Positions 1-8,528 of a stretch of 64,000 nt of DNA are shown in pieces. The notes beneath the pieces were generated by a model, which saw nothing but the letters and a program-made list of their open reading frames with translations, searched no databases and was not told the DNA's origin. Both the position numbers and the translations under genes were made by a program. Position 1 is the first letter of the stretch. Every line of letters starts with the position of its first letter. Source of the stretch: Escherichia phage ES12; sequence record MN508614.1, one strand, 5' to 3'.

Positions 1-185
1 CCTTCAATTTTAACTGTAGGTTGTGTTTCAATTTCAATTTCACGGGCATGCAAACCGTAGAAAATTTCCGGGTCTACAAAAGAGTCCTCTTTAAAGGTTT
101 TAGAGACAATAATTCGTGCTTGAATACCATCTTCAAAATAAATAGTACCTTTATGTGTGCCTTCAAGAATTTGATATGCTTTCAT
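1..185 (-). CDS. Hypothetical protein, 5' part only (gene continues past window start); N-terminus MKAYQILEG resembles a gp21-cleavable leader (I-L-E)
   Basis: ATG at 185 with GAGG Shine-Dalgarno 5 nt upstream; open frame runs to window edge; hand translation [29 protein letters not shown]... Confidence 0.45.
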   Translation of the reverse strand, partial: MKAYQILEGTHKGTIYFEDGIQARIIVSKTFKEDSFVDPEIFYGLHAREIEIETQPTVKIE

Positions 186-519
186 ATAAACCTCAATTAG
201 AAAATAAATTTATCCAAGATTGTTCTTTAATTAAAAATGGCTCAGAATCATATGCCATTAAACTTTGGGTGATTAGTCCTTTAAAAGGTCCATCAATAAA
301 TTCCATGGTAAAATATGGAATTTTATTCATTAGCCGTGCATTAGGAGCAGTGCACAAAACTCTGCATCCTTTGAATACGCCTTTTTGTAATTTGTATTGC
401 TTGGGATAAAATTCGCTCAAAATGTTATTATTTGCCAAAATTTCAAAATGATTCACCAATTTATTTTTAATAGTTTTTTGGCGAAAAATAAAGATATTCG
501 AAAAGCTGTGTGTCTGTCA

Positions 520-1110
520 TCATTGCATTCCAATCACAAAAAATTGAGGACGAACTGTTTCACCTGTTTCAGCATTATAGCTTCGACAACAGTGTTGTAC
601 CGTTTTAATATGGATATTGTAAATCTTATCCATATCAGGAGCTTTAATAGGTTCGTCAATTATGTACAAGATACGAGAAAGCGATAACCCACGGAATTTA
701 TGACCTTCATTACCGATAAAACTACGGACAGAGTCAGTAAATAAACGAAAACGTATATCATCATTAGAATAACGCGAAAATTCCTTTTTAATGTTATTTG
801 CAGAAATTTTAGCGTAAGCTGAAGTATTAGAAAGAACAATAACTGTTCCGCCATCATACAGCCAATTAGCAGCAAAGTTAGTCACAGCAATTGATTTACC
901 GGATTGACGTCCACCATCTATACGAAGTGTGCAGTACTGTTTGAGCACATCTTCCATTGGTGGAAGATAATCATTCTTACAAATTTCTTCTACTCTAGCA
1001 TCAGAATGGTGTGTAAAAGCATTCATCAGGGATAGATAAGGACCAGTTAAAAATGTTCTCATTTTATTCTCTCTAAGTTTGGGCCATTCCGTGGCGCATG
1101 AATTGTCCAT
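520..1110 (-). CDS. Standalone P-loop NTPase with terminase-large-subunit-like ATPase core (Walker A GGRQSGKS, Walker B ILYIIDEP)
   Basis: 196-aa ORF; motifs RQSGKS and FRGLSLSRILYIIDEP parallel gp17 motifs RQLGKT and [16 protein letters not shown] seen in this same window; alternative start at Met17 (1062). Confidence 0.6.
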   Translation of the reverse strand: MDNSCATEWPKLRENKMRTFLTGPYLSLMNAFTHHSDARVEEICKNDYLPPMEDVLKQYCTLRIDGGRQSGKSIAVTNFAANWLYDGGTVIVLSNTSAYAKISANNIKKEFSRYSNDDIRFRLFTDSVRSFIGNEGHKFRGLSLSRILYIIDEPIKAPDMDKIYNIHIKTVQHCCRSYNAETGETVRPQFFVIGMQ

Positions 1111-1203
1111 TTCTGTATTTACCCATTACCGCACTTGGGCTCGACCTTAACACAGGTTGGCGGGAATCCCTCACAGAATCATGAGGTCCAGGTTGTTCCC
1201 ATA

Positions 1204-1677
1204 TTATTTGAACGATTTAACGTACTGAATAGAACCCTTGCTATTCACAAAGGCAATTTTACCATTTTTATTATACATGGTAGCAGTACGCTGATAACCA
1301 TAGGTTTGTTTACCAGATTGATAACCAACTAATGCAAAATTATCTTCACCCATTTTATTCTGTTTAGCGCGAATGCGTTCATGACCATGTGCCATAAGAA
1401 CCTTAGCATCACCAGTTGCAATGGATCGACGAGTTTTTTCATCTTCAACTGCATTAACAAAGTCGTCAAATGAATCAAATTTAGCATGAGATTTATTATA
1501 CAATTTTCCATCTACTGCATAATTATATCCCTGTACATCCATCTCAACTTCTGTACCATCATCCAATACAGCAGTAATTTTTTGACCTTTTTTAAATTTC
1601 AAAAGATCAGTAAAAGATTCAGCAATAATTTGAGAATTAATAGCTGCTTCAGTGATAAATTCTTGATATGTTTTCAT
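1204..1677 (-). CDS. Internal-protein-like head-packaged protein with N-terminal capsid targeting sequence MKTYQEFITEA
   Basis: 157-aa ORF, AGGA RBS before ATG at 1677; N-terminal decapeptide matches T4 internal protein CTS consensus MKTYQEFIAE (recalled). Confidence 0.7.
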   Translation of the reverse strand: MKTYQEFITEAAINSQIIAESFTDLLKFKKGQKITAVLDDGTEVEMDVQGYNYAVDGKLYNKSHAKFDSFDDFVNAVEDEKTRRSIATGDAKVLMAHGHERIRAKQNKMGEDNFALVGYQSGKQTYGYQRTATMYNKNGKIAFVNSKGSIQYVKSFK

Positions 1678-1686
1678 GGGTTTCCT

Positions 1687-2103
1687 TTAAATGTAAATAT
1701 TTTTACCGTAATACTTATACCAATGTGGTTTCATTAAAATTTTTTCATCAAGTCGTTGTTGACTCAATTTAATAGCTGATTTGCATGGATTATAATCATT
1801 TTTCCATTCTATTGGAATATCGCTGATGTCAGGAACTTCAGTATCTTTTATACTGAACCCGCGTTTTAAGCATTCCGTTATAATGTCTAATTGACGCTTT
1901 CGCAAAAATTCTAACTTATCGTAAAAGAACGTAACATGACCAGAACCTAAAATAAACTCGGAAGATATTTTAAAATCTTTAACGCGCTTACCGTTTGCCA
2001 CATGCTTACGAACTATACCAAAAACACGCGGCAATTCACGGTATTCTGCGATTAAATGTTGATCAGCAAGTTCAGATACTAAAGTCAAATTAATACGAGT
2101 CAT
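1687..2103 (-). CDS. denV: Endonuclease V, pyrimidine dimer DNA glycosylase/AP lyase
   Basis: 138-aa ORF beginning [29 protein letters not shown], matching T4 endo V size and sequence from memory. Confidence 0.95.
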   Translation of the reverse strand: MTRINLTLVSELADQHLIAEYRELPRVFGIVRKHVANGKRVKDFKISSEFILGSGHVTFFYDKLEFLRKRQLDIITECLKRGFSIKDTEVPDISDIPIEWKNDYNPCKSAIKLSQQRLDEKILMKPHWYKYYGKNIYI

Positions 2104-2162
2104 TTTATCCCTCCAAGTAACTGTGAATATACTATCACAATTCTAGGAGAAAGTAAACAACT

Positions 2163-3131
<969 letters not shown>

Positions 3132-3150
<19 letters not shown>

Positions 3151-3620
3151 TCAGTGATAAAGTTATTTAAATTTTGAGTATATTTCTTTTCATCAAAAAT
3201 CTTTTGTTGTCTGCGTAGCCGCCATGGCATTTCAATGAACGTATACCATATCCCAGATAATATTGATGCAGTAAAAATATTAACAAGTATGGTTAAAAGA
3301 ATCCAATCTCCTATTCTGTCCATTGGATTTTTTATAAAAAAGTAAAATACGAATAATGTCACAGGAAGACTAATAATATACCACAGAATCATAATTTTAT
3401 CTGTGAACCAATCAGCGTTCGTTAACTTAGCGCGACCATTATGAATACACACGAATTTATCATCTGTTATAATAGATGGCTTAGCTGCTTGATATCCCAT
3501 TCTAAACTCCCTAATCAACAAATTTTTCATATCTTCGGAACAACCATTCCAGTCAACTCTATCAACTGAAATGCCATCATCCCCATCATCTAAATCATAC
3601 CAGCGAGTTTTTAAAATCAT
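3132..3620 (-). CDS. Small membrane protein (two predicted TM helices), translationally coupled
   Basis: 162-aa ORF, hydrophobic segments ILWYIISLPVTLFVFYFFI and ILLTILVNIFTASILSGIWYTF; stop overlaps nudE start. Confidence 0.6.
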
Positions 3621-3991
3621 TTAATTTTCCTACAATCACTCACAAACTCTTCCATTGATTCTTTTTCAATATAAGACATGTAGCTATTATATTCCTTTAA
3701 TTGTATTTTGTAATCTTTTTTTCTTTGCCAATTTATTTTAAAATTATCATAATGAAAATATAACATGGTACCAAAGAATGAAAATAATGAAATCGCTATA
3801 GTATAATGAAGTTCACTCCAAACTTCTATTATATCTATTATACCGCTGACGTTACTACGGATGTTTAAAATAAGACAGTCAATTAACAATCCAAAAAGAC
3901 TACCCGCAAGAGCTGCAGCCAACGCTACAGCAAAAATTAAAAATGACTCATGAAGAGAATATTTGACTTTATTTAGTTTTGGCTTTTGCAT
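3617..3991 (-). CDS. Small membrane protein (two predicted TM helices), translationally coupled
   Basis: 124-aa ORF, ATG at 3991; stop TGA overlaps next start as ATGA; hydrophobic segments. Confidence 0.6.
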   Translation of the reverse strand: MQKPKLNKVKYSLHESFLIFAVALAAALAGSLFGLLIDCLILNIRSNVSGIIDIIEVWSELHYTIAISLFSFFGTMLYFHYDNFKINWQRKKDYKIQLKEYNSYMSYIEKESMEEFVSDCRKIK

Positions 3992-4365
3992 CGTGATTCC
4001 TTAACAAATTTCATAATTTCATCAAATTCATGCGCAGCAAGTTTAAGCTGATGTTCCTTTTTAATCTTTTTACACTGAGCTTTCCAATCACGTACACGTT
4101 TACGATAGTGTCTTCCTTGATACCAATATCCTATCCAATTTATAGGTACTAATAAAAGCGGAACTACCAACGGAAGAATTAGTGTTGCTCCAAATATTGC
4201 ACCAGATTCAATATCAGTCATAACGTCTATAACCATTCCAGCAATCACCAGAATCACAAATGATACAACTACCACAGGACCTATTAACACATCAGTAGAA
4301 ATTATCTGACGCTTTAATTCATACTTCAACGGTTTACTTGGAAGGTATAGTGATGGTTTTGACAT
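3973..4365 (-). CDS. Small membrane protein; start moved to first ATG (ORF-track start at 4386 is TTG)
   Basis: Hand check: codon at 4386 is TTG, first ATG at 4365; hydrophobic core ILVIAGMVIDV...ILPLVVPLLLVPI. Confidence 0.55.
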   Translation of the reverse strand: MSKPSLYLPSKPLKYELKRQIISTDVLIGPVVVVSFVILVIAGMVIDVMTDIESGAIFGATLILPLVVPLLLVPINWIGYWYQGRHYRKRVRDWKAQCKKIKKEHQLKLAAHEFDEIMKFVKESRCKSQN

Positions 4366-4942
4366 ATTCTCTACATTCCTTAACAAATTTTTCTAATAAT
4401 AAATCGCTTTCAAAATTGGGATTTTCTACGAATTTATCAAAAAGATCATCGACAATAGTTAAGATATTCTTTTTACTAAGAATACGTTTATTTTCATATT
4501 TTGTTTCAGAGTCAACTATAAGAGTAAAGAAATATTTCTTGCCCTGAAATTTTACAGTAGTATCAATATAGAATAAATTTGACTTTTGTAAATTACGTTT
4601 AAACCATGCATCACTTAAACTATAAACGCCAAGATAATCATAATCGTCGTTTAAATAACAGACCGTCCATTCAGGAGAAACAAAATCAGTAAATTCAACG
4701 TCAAAATCGCATGTTAATAAATGAATTGATTCAATACTGTTAATAAGTATTCCAGGACGTATTAAAGACTTTTTACCTCTAGAAAATCTTCCAGAAAGAC
4801 TTTCAACAGTTTCATATGAAGAACCCCAATAATAATTACGTCCTTCTGCCATACGTTTAAGAGCATTTAATAATTGGTCTGGAACATCAACCTGTCTTTG
4901 GAACTCTTCAAACATTGAATTGAAATCACTTTGCATTTTCAT
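4334..4942 (-). CDS. Hypothetical protein
   Basis: 202-aa ORF with ATG; likely real start at Met3 (4936) with AGGAA RBS. Confidence 0.6.
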   Translation of the reverse strand: MKMQSDFNSMFEEFQRQVDVPDQLLNALKRMAEGRNYYWGSSYETVESLSGRFSRGKKSLIRPGILINSIESIHLLTCDFDVEFTDFVSPEWTVCYLNDDYDYLGVYSLSDAWFKRNLQKSNLFYIDTTVKFQGKKYFFTLIVDSETKYENKRILSKKNILTIVDDLFDKFVENPNFESDLLLEKFVKECREYVKTITIPSK

Positions 4943-4962
4943 TCCTACTTACTCCAAGTAAT

Positions 4963-4978
4963 AGGGGCCGAAGCCCCT
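4963..4978 (-). terminator. GC hairpin with UUCG loop on minus strand, after the 4984..5577 gene
   Basis: aggggccgaagcccct perfect inverted repeat directly after the stop codon. Confidence 0.5.
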
Positions 4979-4983
4979 TATCA

Positions 4984-5577
4984 TTATTTCAGAGAATTAA
5001 TATATTCCTGAACATCGGCAGAGGTAGTTTCAACCCCAGAAATATTACCATTAAAGGTTTCAACTCGAGCAAGAGTATCTTCAATATCAACCTTAGTCAG
5101 TGCTGCAATTTCAACTACATCATCAGCAGTACTAATTCCAAGGGCATTCGCGGCGCGAGTTTCACGGATATATTCCAATTTAACTGCAAGTTCTTGGCGA
5201 GCATCATCTAACTCAACTACTTTCTTGGCGATTTCAATTCGCATTTCAGCATAACCATCAGCTTTAGTAGTCAACTGCTCAGCTGTTCGACGATATAGTA
5301 AACCAAGTTTAGCATGCATTGTTACATCTTGACCTTCCGAAAGGAGCTTGCGAATTTCACGCTCTTTTGATTCGGCCTGCTTATTCTTTTCGACAATAAG
5401 TTCACGAATACGCTTTTCTTCATTAATAGATTTAACAGAAGCAGTTTTTAGATCTTTAATCTTATCAAGTAGTTTTGCTGCCGCAGCAGTATACTGTTCT
5501 TCAACAGATAGATTTTTAGCCATAGCAGAACCAAGTTTAGTGCGAATAAACTCAACAATTTTCTTCAGTGTGTTCAT
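4984..5577 (-). CDS. Coiled-coil protein, possibly PspA/IM30-like
   Basis: 197-aa ORF, AGGAAA RBS, own early promoter; heptad-rich sequence with DTLARV segment. Confidence 0.7.
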
Positions 5578-5621
5578 AACATTTCCTTTAGTTAATTAAG
5601 GGTTTTATAATCCGTGGGAGT

Positions 5622-5651
5622 ATTATACTCTACTCCCAAGAGTTTGTAAAC
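5622..5651 (-). promoter_or_regulatory. T4-type early promoter (-35 GTTTAC, 18-nt spacer, -10 TATAAT) within a stem-loop (PeSL-like)
   Basis: Minus strand reads GTTTAC-aaactcttgggagtagag-TATAAT; inverted repeat gggagta/tactccc brackets the -10. Confidence 0.55.
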
Positions 5652-5984
5652 TTATTCTTCGTCCAATTCATCAATAAATTTATCGATACTATTATTAATA
5701 GACTCATCGATGATTAACAAAGCATCATCATCCATAATATTAATATTTTCTAAAGCATCAATATAAGCTTGATTGACTATAGACCATGCCCTTTGAAAAT
5801 ATGGGACTTCATCATCAGGACTGAACCAACGTACACCTTCAAAGATACGTTTGGCATAATCTAACACCCATTGTACAGGCATGTTTTGAGAACGTTCGTT
5901 AAACTCTTTAAAGTCCTTAGATTCAAAAAGCTCTTCAGGATAATAATTTCTATTACAAAAATCTTTACTAAAGTTACGTTTCAT
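5652..5984 (-). CDS. Hypothetical protein with acidic C-terminus
   Basis: 110-aa ORF preceded by early promoter. Confidence 0.6.
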   Translation of the reverse strand: MKRNFSKDFCNRNYYPEELFESKDFKEFNERSQNMPVQWVLDYAKRIFEGVRWFSPDDEVPYFQRAWSIVNQAYIDALENINIMDDDALLIIDESINNSIDKFIDELDEE

Positions 5985-6010
5985 AATGTTCTCCTCAAAG
6001 TTATAGGCTC

Positions 6011-6040
6011 ATAATATCTCAATCATGAGCCTGTGTAAAC
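6011..6040 (-). promoter_or_regulatory. T4-type early promoter within stem-loop (PeSL-like)
   Basis: Minus strand GTTTAC-18 nt-TATTAT; inverted repeat aggctcat/atgagcct. Confidence 0.55.
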
Positions 6041-6316
6041 TTATTTCATATTATTGAAATATTCTTCTGCGATTTCGTCGTTATCATGGTAAACTTTAGA
6101 AGACAGTTTAACATAACCTTCAGCAGTGAACATGTTAATCACAACCTTTACAGTATACCACTGACCGTCTTCATTACCCATTACTGCATAAGTTTCAAAC
6201 ATCGGATGGTCAGGACCGATAACTTTAATATCATTCACCGTACGACCAAAATCTTCTGAAACACATTTCATAAAGAAGTTGAACAGTTCACCGTAATTAT
6301 CCATTTCATTCTCCAA
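6041..6316 (-). CDS. Hypothetical protein
   Basis: 91-aa ORF preceded by early promoter. Confidence 0.6.
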   Translation of the reverse strand: MENEMDNYGELFNFFMKCVSEDFGRTVNDIKVIGPDHPMFETYAVMGNEDGQWYTVKVVINMFTAEGYVKLSSKVYHDNDEIAEEYFNNMK

Positions 6317-6347
6317 GTTGTTTTCTATATCAGTAGTTGATAGTTGT

Positions 6348-6377
6348 ATAGTACCATAGAAGAACAGTCTTGTAAAC
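6348..6377 (-). promoter_or_regulatory. T4-type early promoter
   Basis: Minus strand GTTTAC-18 nt-TACTAT, preceded by TTTCACAAAACT upstream element shared with other copies. Confidence 0.55.
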
Positions 6378-6514
6378 AGTTTTGTGAAAAAATTTTTAAA
6401 AAGTTTTGGGGAATTCTAGGGCAGGGAGTGGAAATCAAAGGATAGGATAATATATTATAAAGGATAGAAACTAAATGATGCCTAGAGAGGCCCGGAAAGG
6501 CCTAGATACCAAAA

Positions 6515-6538
6515 AGCCCCGACCAAAAGGTTGGGGCT
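6515..6538 (-). terminator. Rho-independent terminator (minus strand)
   Basis: agccccaacc-uuuu-ggucggggcu hairpin followed by UUUUUGG on the minus strand, just after the stop at 6546. Confidence 0.6.
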
Positions 6539-6545
6539 AAGAATG

Positions 6546-7019
6546 TTATTTGATTTGTTTAGCAGACCAAATGCGGTCTTTAATAATTTTTTGGATGTCT
6601 TCAACATACTCTAGGTCATGAGCATGTGGATTATCTTTGAAACTATAAGCACGGGCTAACTTTTGGCCTTCGGTTTTGATTACTAAAAGCTCTTTAAGGA
6701 TAGCTTCATATTTAGCGATAATTCCTTTAACGATATTTTTTTCTTGTGCCGCTTTAGGATCTGCTTTAGGAGCAGGTTTACCAGAAGCCTTTGCAAAAGC
6801 AGCGCCAGTAGCAACTAAACTTTTCCAGGCCATACTAACTGCATTTCCCGTAAATCCTTCCGCTTTCATGTCGCGTGCAAACTGGAATCGTGATTCATCA
6901 GAAGCATCTTTATAGGAATATTTACCCGCGGCAATGGCAGCTTTTGCAACAGCTTGAATTTCGGTGCTAGATGCTTCATTTAACACCGCTTCATTTAAAA
7001 ATTGAGTATATGATTTCAT
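6546..7019 (-). CDS. Internal-protein-like protein with CTS-like N-terminus MKSYTQFLNEA; Ala/Lys-rich
   Basis: Internal ATG at 7019 with AGGAAA RBS; the ORF-track N-terminal extension to 7196 crosses a terminator and structured RNA region and is rejected. Confidence 0.65.
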   Translation of the reverse strand: MKSYTQFLNEAVLNEASSTEIQAVAKAAIAAGKYSYKDASDESRFQFARDMKAEGFTGNAVSMAWKSLVATGAAFAKASGKPAPKADPKAAQEKNIVKGIIAKYEAILKELLVIKTEGQKLARAYSFKDNPHAHDLEYVEDIQKIIKDRIWSAKQIK

Positions 7020-7057
7020 CTTATTTCCTGTTTTAATTTGTAGATTTAATATACTAA

Positions 7058-7065
7058 TATTTATA
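7058..7065 (-). promoter_or_regulatory. T4-type late promoter box TATAAATA upstream of the 6546..7019 gene
   Basis: Reverse complement of plus tatttata, about 39 nt upstream of the ATG. Confidence 0.45.
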
Positions 7066-7071
7066 CCAAAA

Positions 7072-7095
7072 AGCCCCAACCTTTCGGTCGGGGCT
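7072..7095 (-). terminator. Rho-independent terminator (minus strand); inverted copy of the 6515..6538 hairpin
   Basis: agccccgacc-gaaa-gguuggggcu followed by UUUUUGG on minus strand. Confidence 0.6.
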
Positions 7096-7099
7096 AAGC

Positions 7100-7401
7100 C
7101 TTGCGGCAACCTTGTCGGGGTTCCACCTGCTAAGGCAAGTGTTTGTACGAAACGCCGGGATTCGAACCCGGTTATTAAGTAGTTGACGCTACTCAATATT
7201 TTTAAAAGGCCATATCTCGACCATATCCGAACGTTCCGTCAAAAACGCTACTCGGCTTACGGCAAAGATATTTCCTCGAATCGATAATTCGGTGCGCCGT
7301 TTCAGCTGTGATAGTAAAGAACCAGAACATAGTAAAACTGTGGGAGGAACTATACTCCAGGGAACATCAGTCCGACGACTTACCGGTAGCGACCCGGTTT
7401 C
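7100..7401 (-). ncRNA. Candidate stable structured RNA(s) downstream of the tRNA cluster, with a tRNA-like T-arm
   Basis: No credible ORF; T-arm-like ccgggttcgaatcccgg plus a 7-bp acceptor-like pairing; sits between tRNA cluster and a terminator. Confidence 0.3.
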
Positions 7402-7752
7402 TTAATATTCTTTTAAAGCATCAATCTGTTCACGGCGTTTACGCCATAAATCAATTGCTTCATACGCAGATTCAGCATTTCGAATTGGACGGCATTTATA
7501 TAAAGACTTGTGATTTTGATATTGCGTAGATAACGGAATTTTATCTAAAAGGTCTTTATGTTCAAAGTATTCATAACCATCTAAGCCAAATGAACGATTT
7601 TTAAGAAATTGCCAATGACCGTATTCGTTTTCGACATAAACATAATCTGCGTGCTGATAAAGCAAATTAATTACACGTTCAGAAATAACAGTGTCATTAT
7701 GATTAAAATAGAATGTTAAATCATGAACTACTAAATAAACATTACCTTTCAT
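7402..7752 (-). CDS. Hypothetical protein
   Basis: 116-aa ORF, GAGGAA RBS, start 17 nt downstream of tRNA-Arg 3' end. Confidence 0.55.
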   Translation of the reverse strand: MKGNVYLVVHDLTFYFNHNDTVISERVINLLYQHADYVYVENEYGHWQFLKNRSFGLDGYEYFEHKDLLDKIPLSTQYQNHKSLYKCRPIRNAESAYEAIDLWRKRREQIDALKEY

Positions 7753-7768
7753 ATTTTCCTCACTTAAT

Positions 7769-7844
7769 TGGTCGAGGCAGTAGGGATCGAACCTACGACC
7801 TAGGACTTAGAAGGTCCTTGCTCTTCCTTCTGAGCTATGCCTCG
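7769..7844 (-). tRNA. tRNA-Arg (anticodon UCU)
   Basis: Hand-folded cloverleaf: acceptor CGAGGCA/UGCCUCG, anticodon loop CUUCUAA, T-loop GGTTCGATCC, CCA encoded. Confidence 0.85.
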
Positions 7845-7848
7845 GATT

Positions 7849-7923
7849 TGGCGGACGTGATAGGATTCGAACCTATAACCAATCGCTTAACAGGCGATCG
7901 CTCTGCCATTGAGCTACACATCC
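7849..7923 (-). tRNA. tRNA-Asn (anticodon GUU)
   Basis: Acceptor GGATGTG/CACGTCC, anticodon stem ATCGC/GCGAT, loop CTGTTAA, T-loop TTCGAAT, discriminator G, CCA encoded. Confidence 0.8.
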
Positions 7924-7927
7924 AAAT

Positions 7928-8014
7928 TGGTGGGGAGTGATGGAGTCGAACCACCCGAGTCGCAATGACAATGGATTTACAGTCCACACCGCTACCTCTA
8001 CGGGATAACTCCCC
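7928..8014 (-). tRNA. tRNA-Tyr (anticodon GUA), long variable arm
   Basis: Acceptor GGGGAGT/ACTCCCC, anticodon loop CTGTAAA, 15-nt variable arm, T-loop TTCGACT, CCA encoded. Confidence 0.8.
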
Positions 8015-8023
8015 AAATTAATT

Positions 8024-8098
8024 TGGTGGCCCTGGGTGGAATTGAACCACCATCTGGCGATTATGAGTCGCTTGCTTGAACCTTCCAGCTACAGGGCC
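8024..8098 (-). tRNA. tRNA with CAU anticodon (Ile2 or Met; Ile expected by analogy with T4)
   Basis: Acceptor GGCCCTG/CAGGGCC, anticodon loop CTCATAA, T-loop TTCAATT, CCA encoded. Confidence 0.75.
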
Positions 8099-8099
8099 T

Positions 8100-8175
8100 T
8101 GGTGCTGATTGACGGAATCGAACCGCCGACCTTCTCATTACAAGTGAGTTGCTCTACCTACTGAGCTAAATCAGC
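8100..8175 (-). tRNA. tRNA-Thr (anticodon UGU)
   Basis: Acceptor GCTGATT/AATCAGC, D-arm GCTCAGTAGGTAGAGC, anticodon loop CTTGTAA, T-loop TTCGATT, CCA encoded. Confidence 0.85.
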
Positions 8176-8180
8176 AAAAC

Positions 8181-8270
8181 TGGCGGAGGCGATAGGATTT
8201 GAACCTATGAGTCGCCGGAGCGACTGCCGGTTTTCAAGACCGGTGCATTAAACCACTCTGCCACGCCTCC
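8181..8270 (-). tRNA. tRNA-Ser (anticodon UGA), type II
   Basis: Acceptor GGAGGCG/CGCCTCC, anticodon stem CCGGT/ACCGG, loop CTTGAAA, long variable arm, CCA encoded. Confidence 0.85.
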
Positions 8271-8272
8271 AG

Positions 8273-8346
8273 TCTCCATACAAGGATTTGAACCTTGGAC
8301 CTCCTGATCCCAAATCAGGCGCTCTACCAAACTGAGCTACACGGAG
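8273..8346 (-). tRNA. tRNA-Pro (anticodon UGG), CCA not encoded
   Basis: Acceptor CTCCGTG/TATGGAG (two G-U pairs), anticodon loop TTTGGGA, T-loop TTCAAAT; 3' end followed by CTG not CCA. Confidence 0.8.
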
Positions 8347-8356
8347 TAAATTAAAT

Positions 8357-8430
<74 letters not shown>

Positions 8431-8435
8431 AAATT

Positions 8436-8522
8436 TGGTGCGAGAAGTGGGACTCGAACCCACAAGGAAATCATTCCGCAGCATTTTAAGTGCTGTGCCT
8501 TTACCAATTTGACCATTCTCGC
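8436..8522 (-). tRNA. tRNA-Leu (anticodon UAA), type II
   Basis: Acceptor GCGAGAA/TTCTCGC, anticodon stem CAGCA/TGCTG, loop CTTAAAA, long variable arm, T-loop TTCGAGT, CCA encoded. Confidence 0.85.
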
Positions 8523-8528
8523 GCTATA

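Noticed and set aside
155-459. ORFs 155..409 (plus) and 193..459 (minus)
   Set aside because: The minus ORF starts with TTG and its first ATG leaves only ~45 codons; the plus ORF has no RBS and opposes local transcription. Neither is supported, so the interval is left unannotated.
6546-7196. 216-aa minus-strand ORF as given in the ORF track
   Set aside because: The N-terminal 59 codons run through a terminator hairpin and the structured RNA region; an internal ATG at 7019 has a strong RBS and a CTS-like leader, so the gene is called as 6546..7019.
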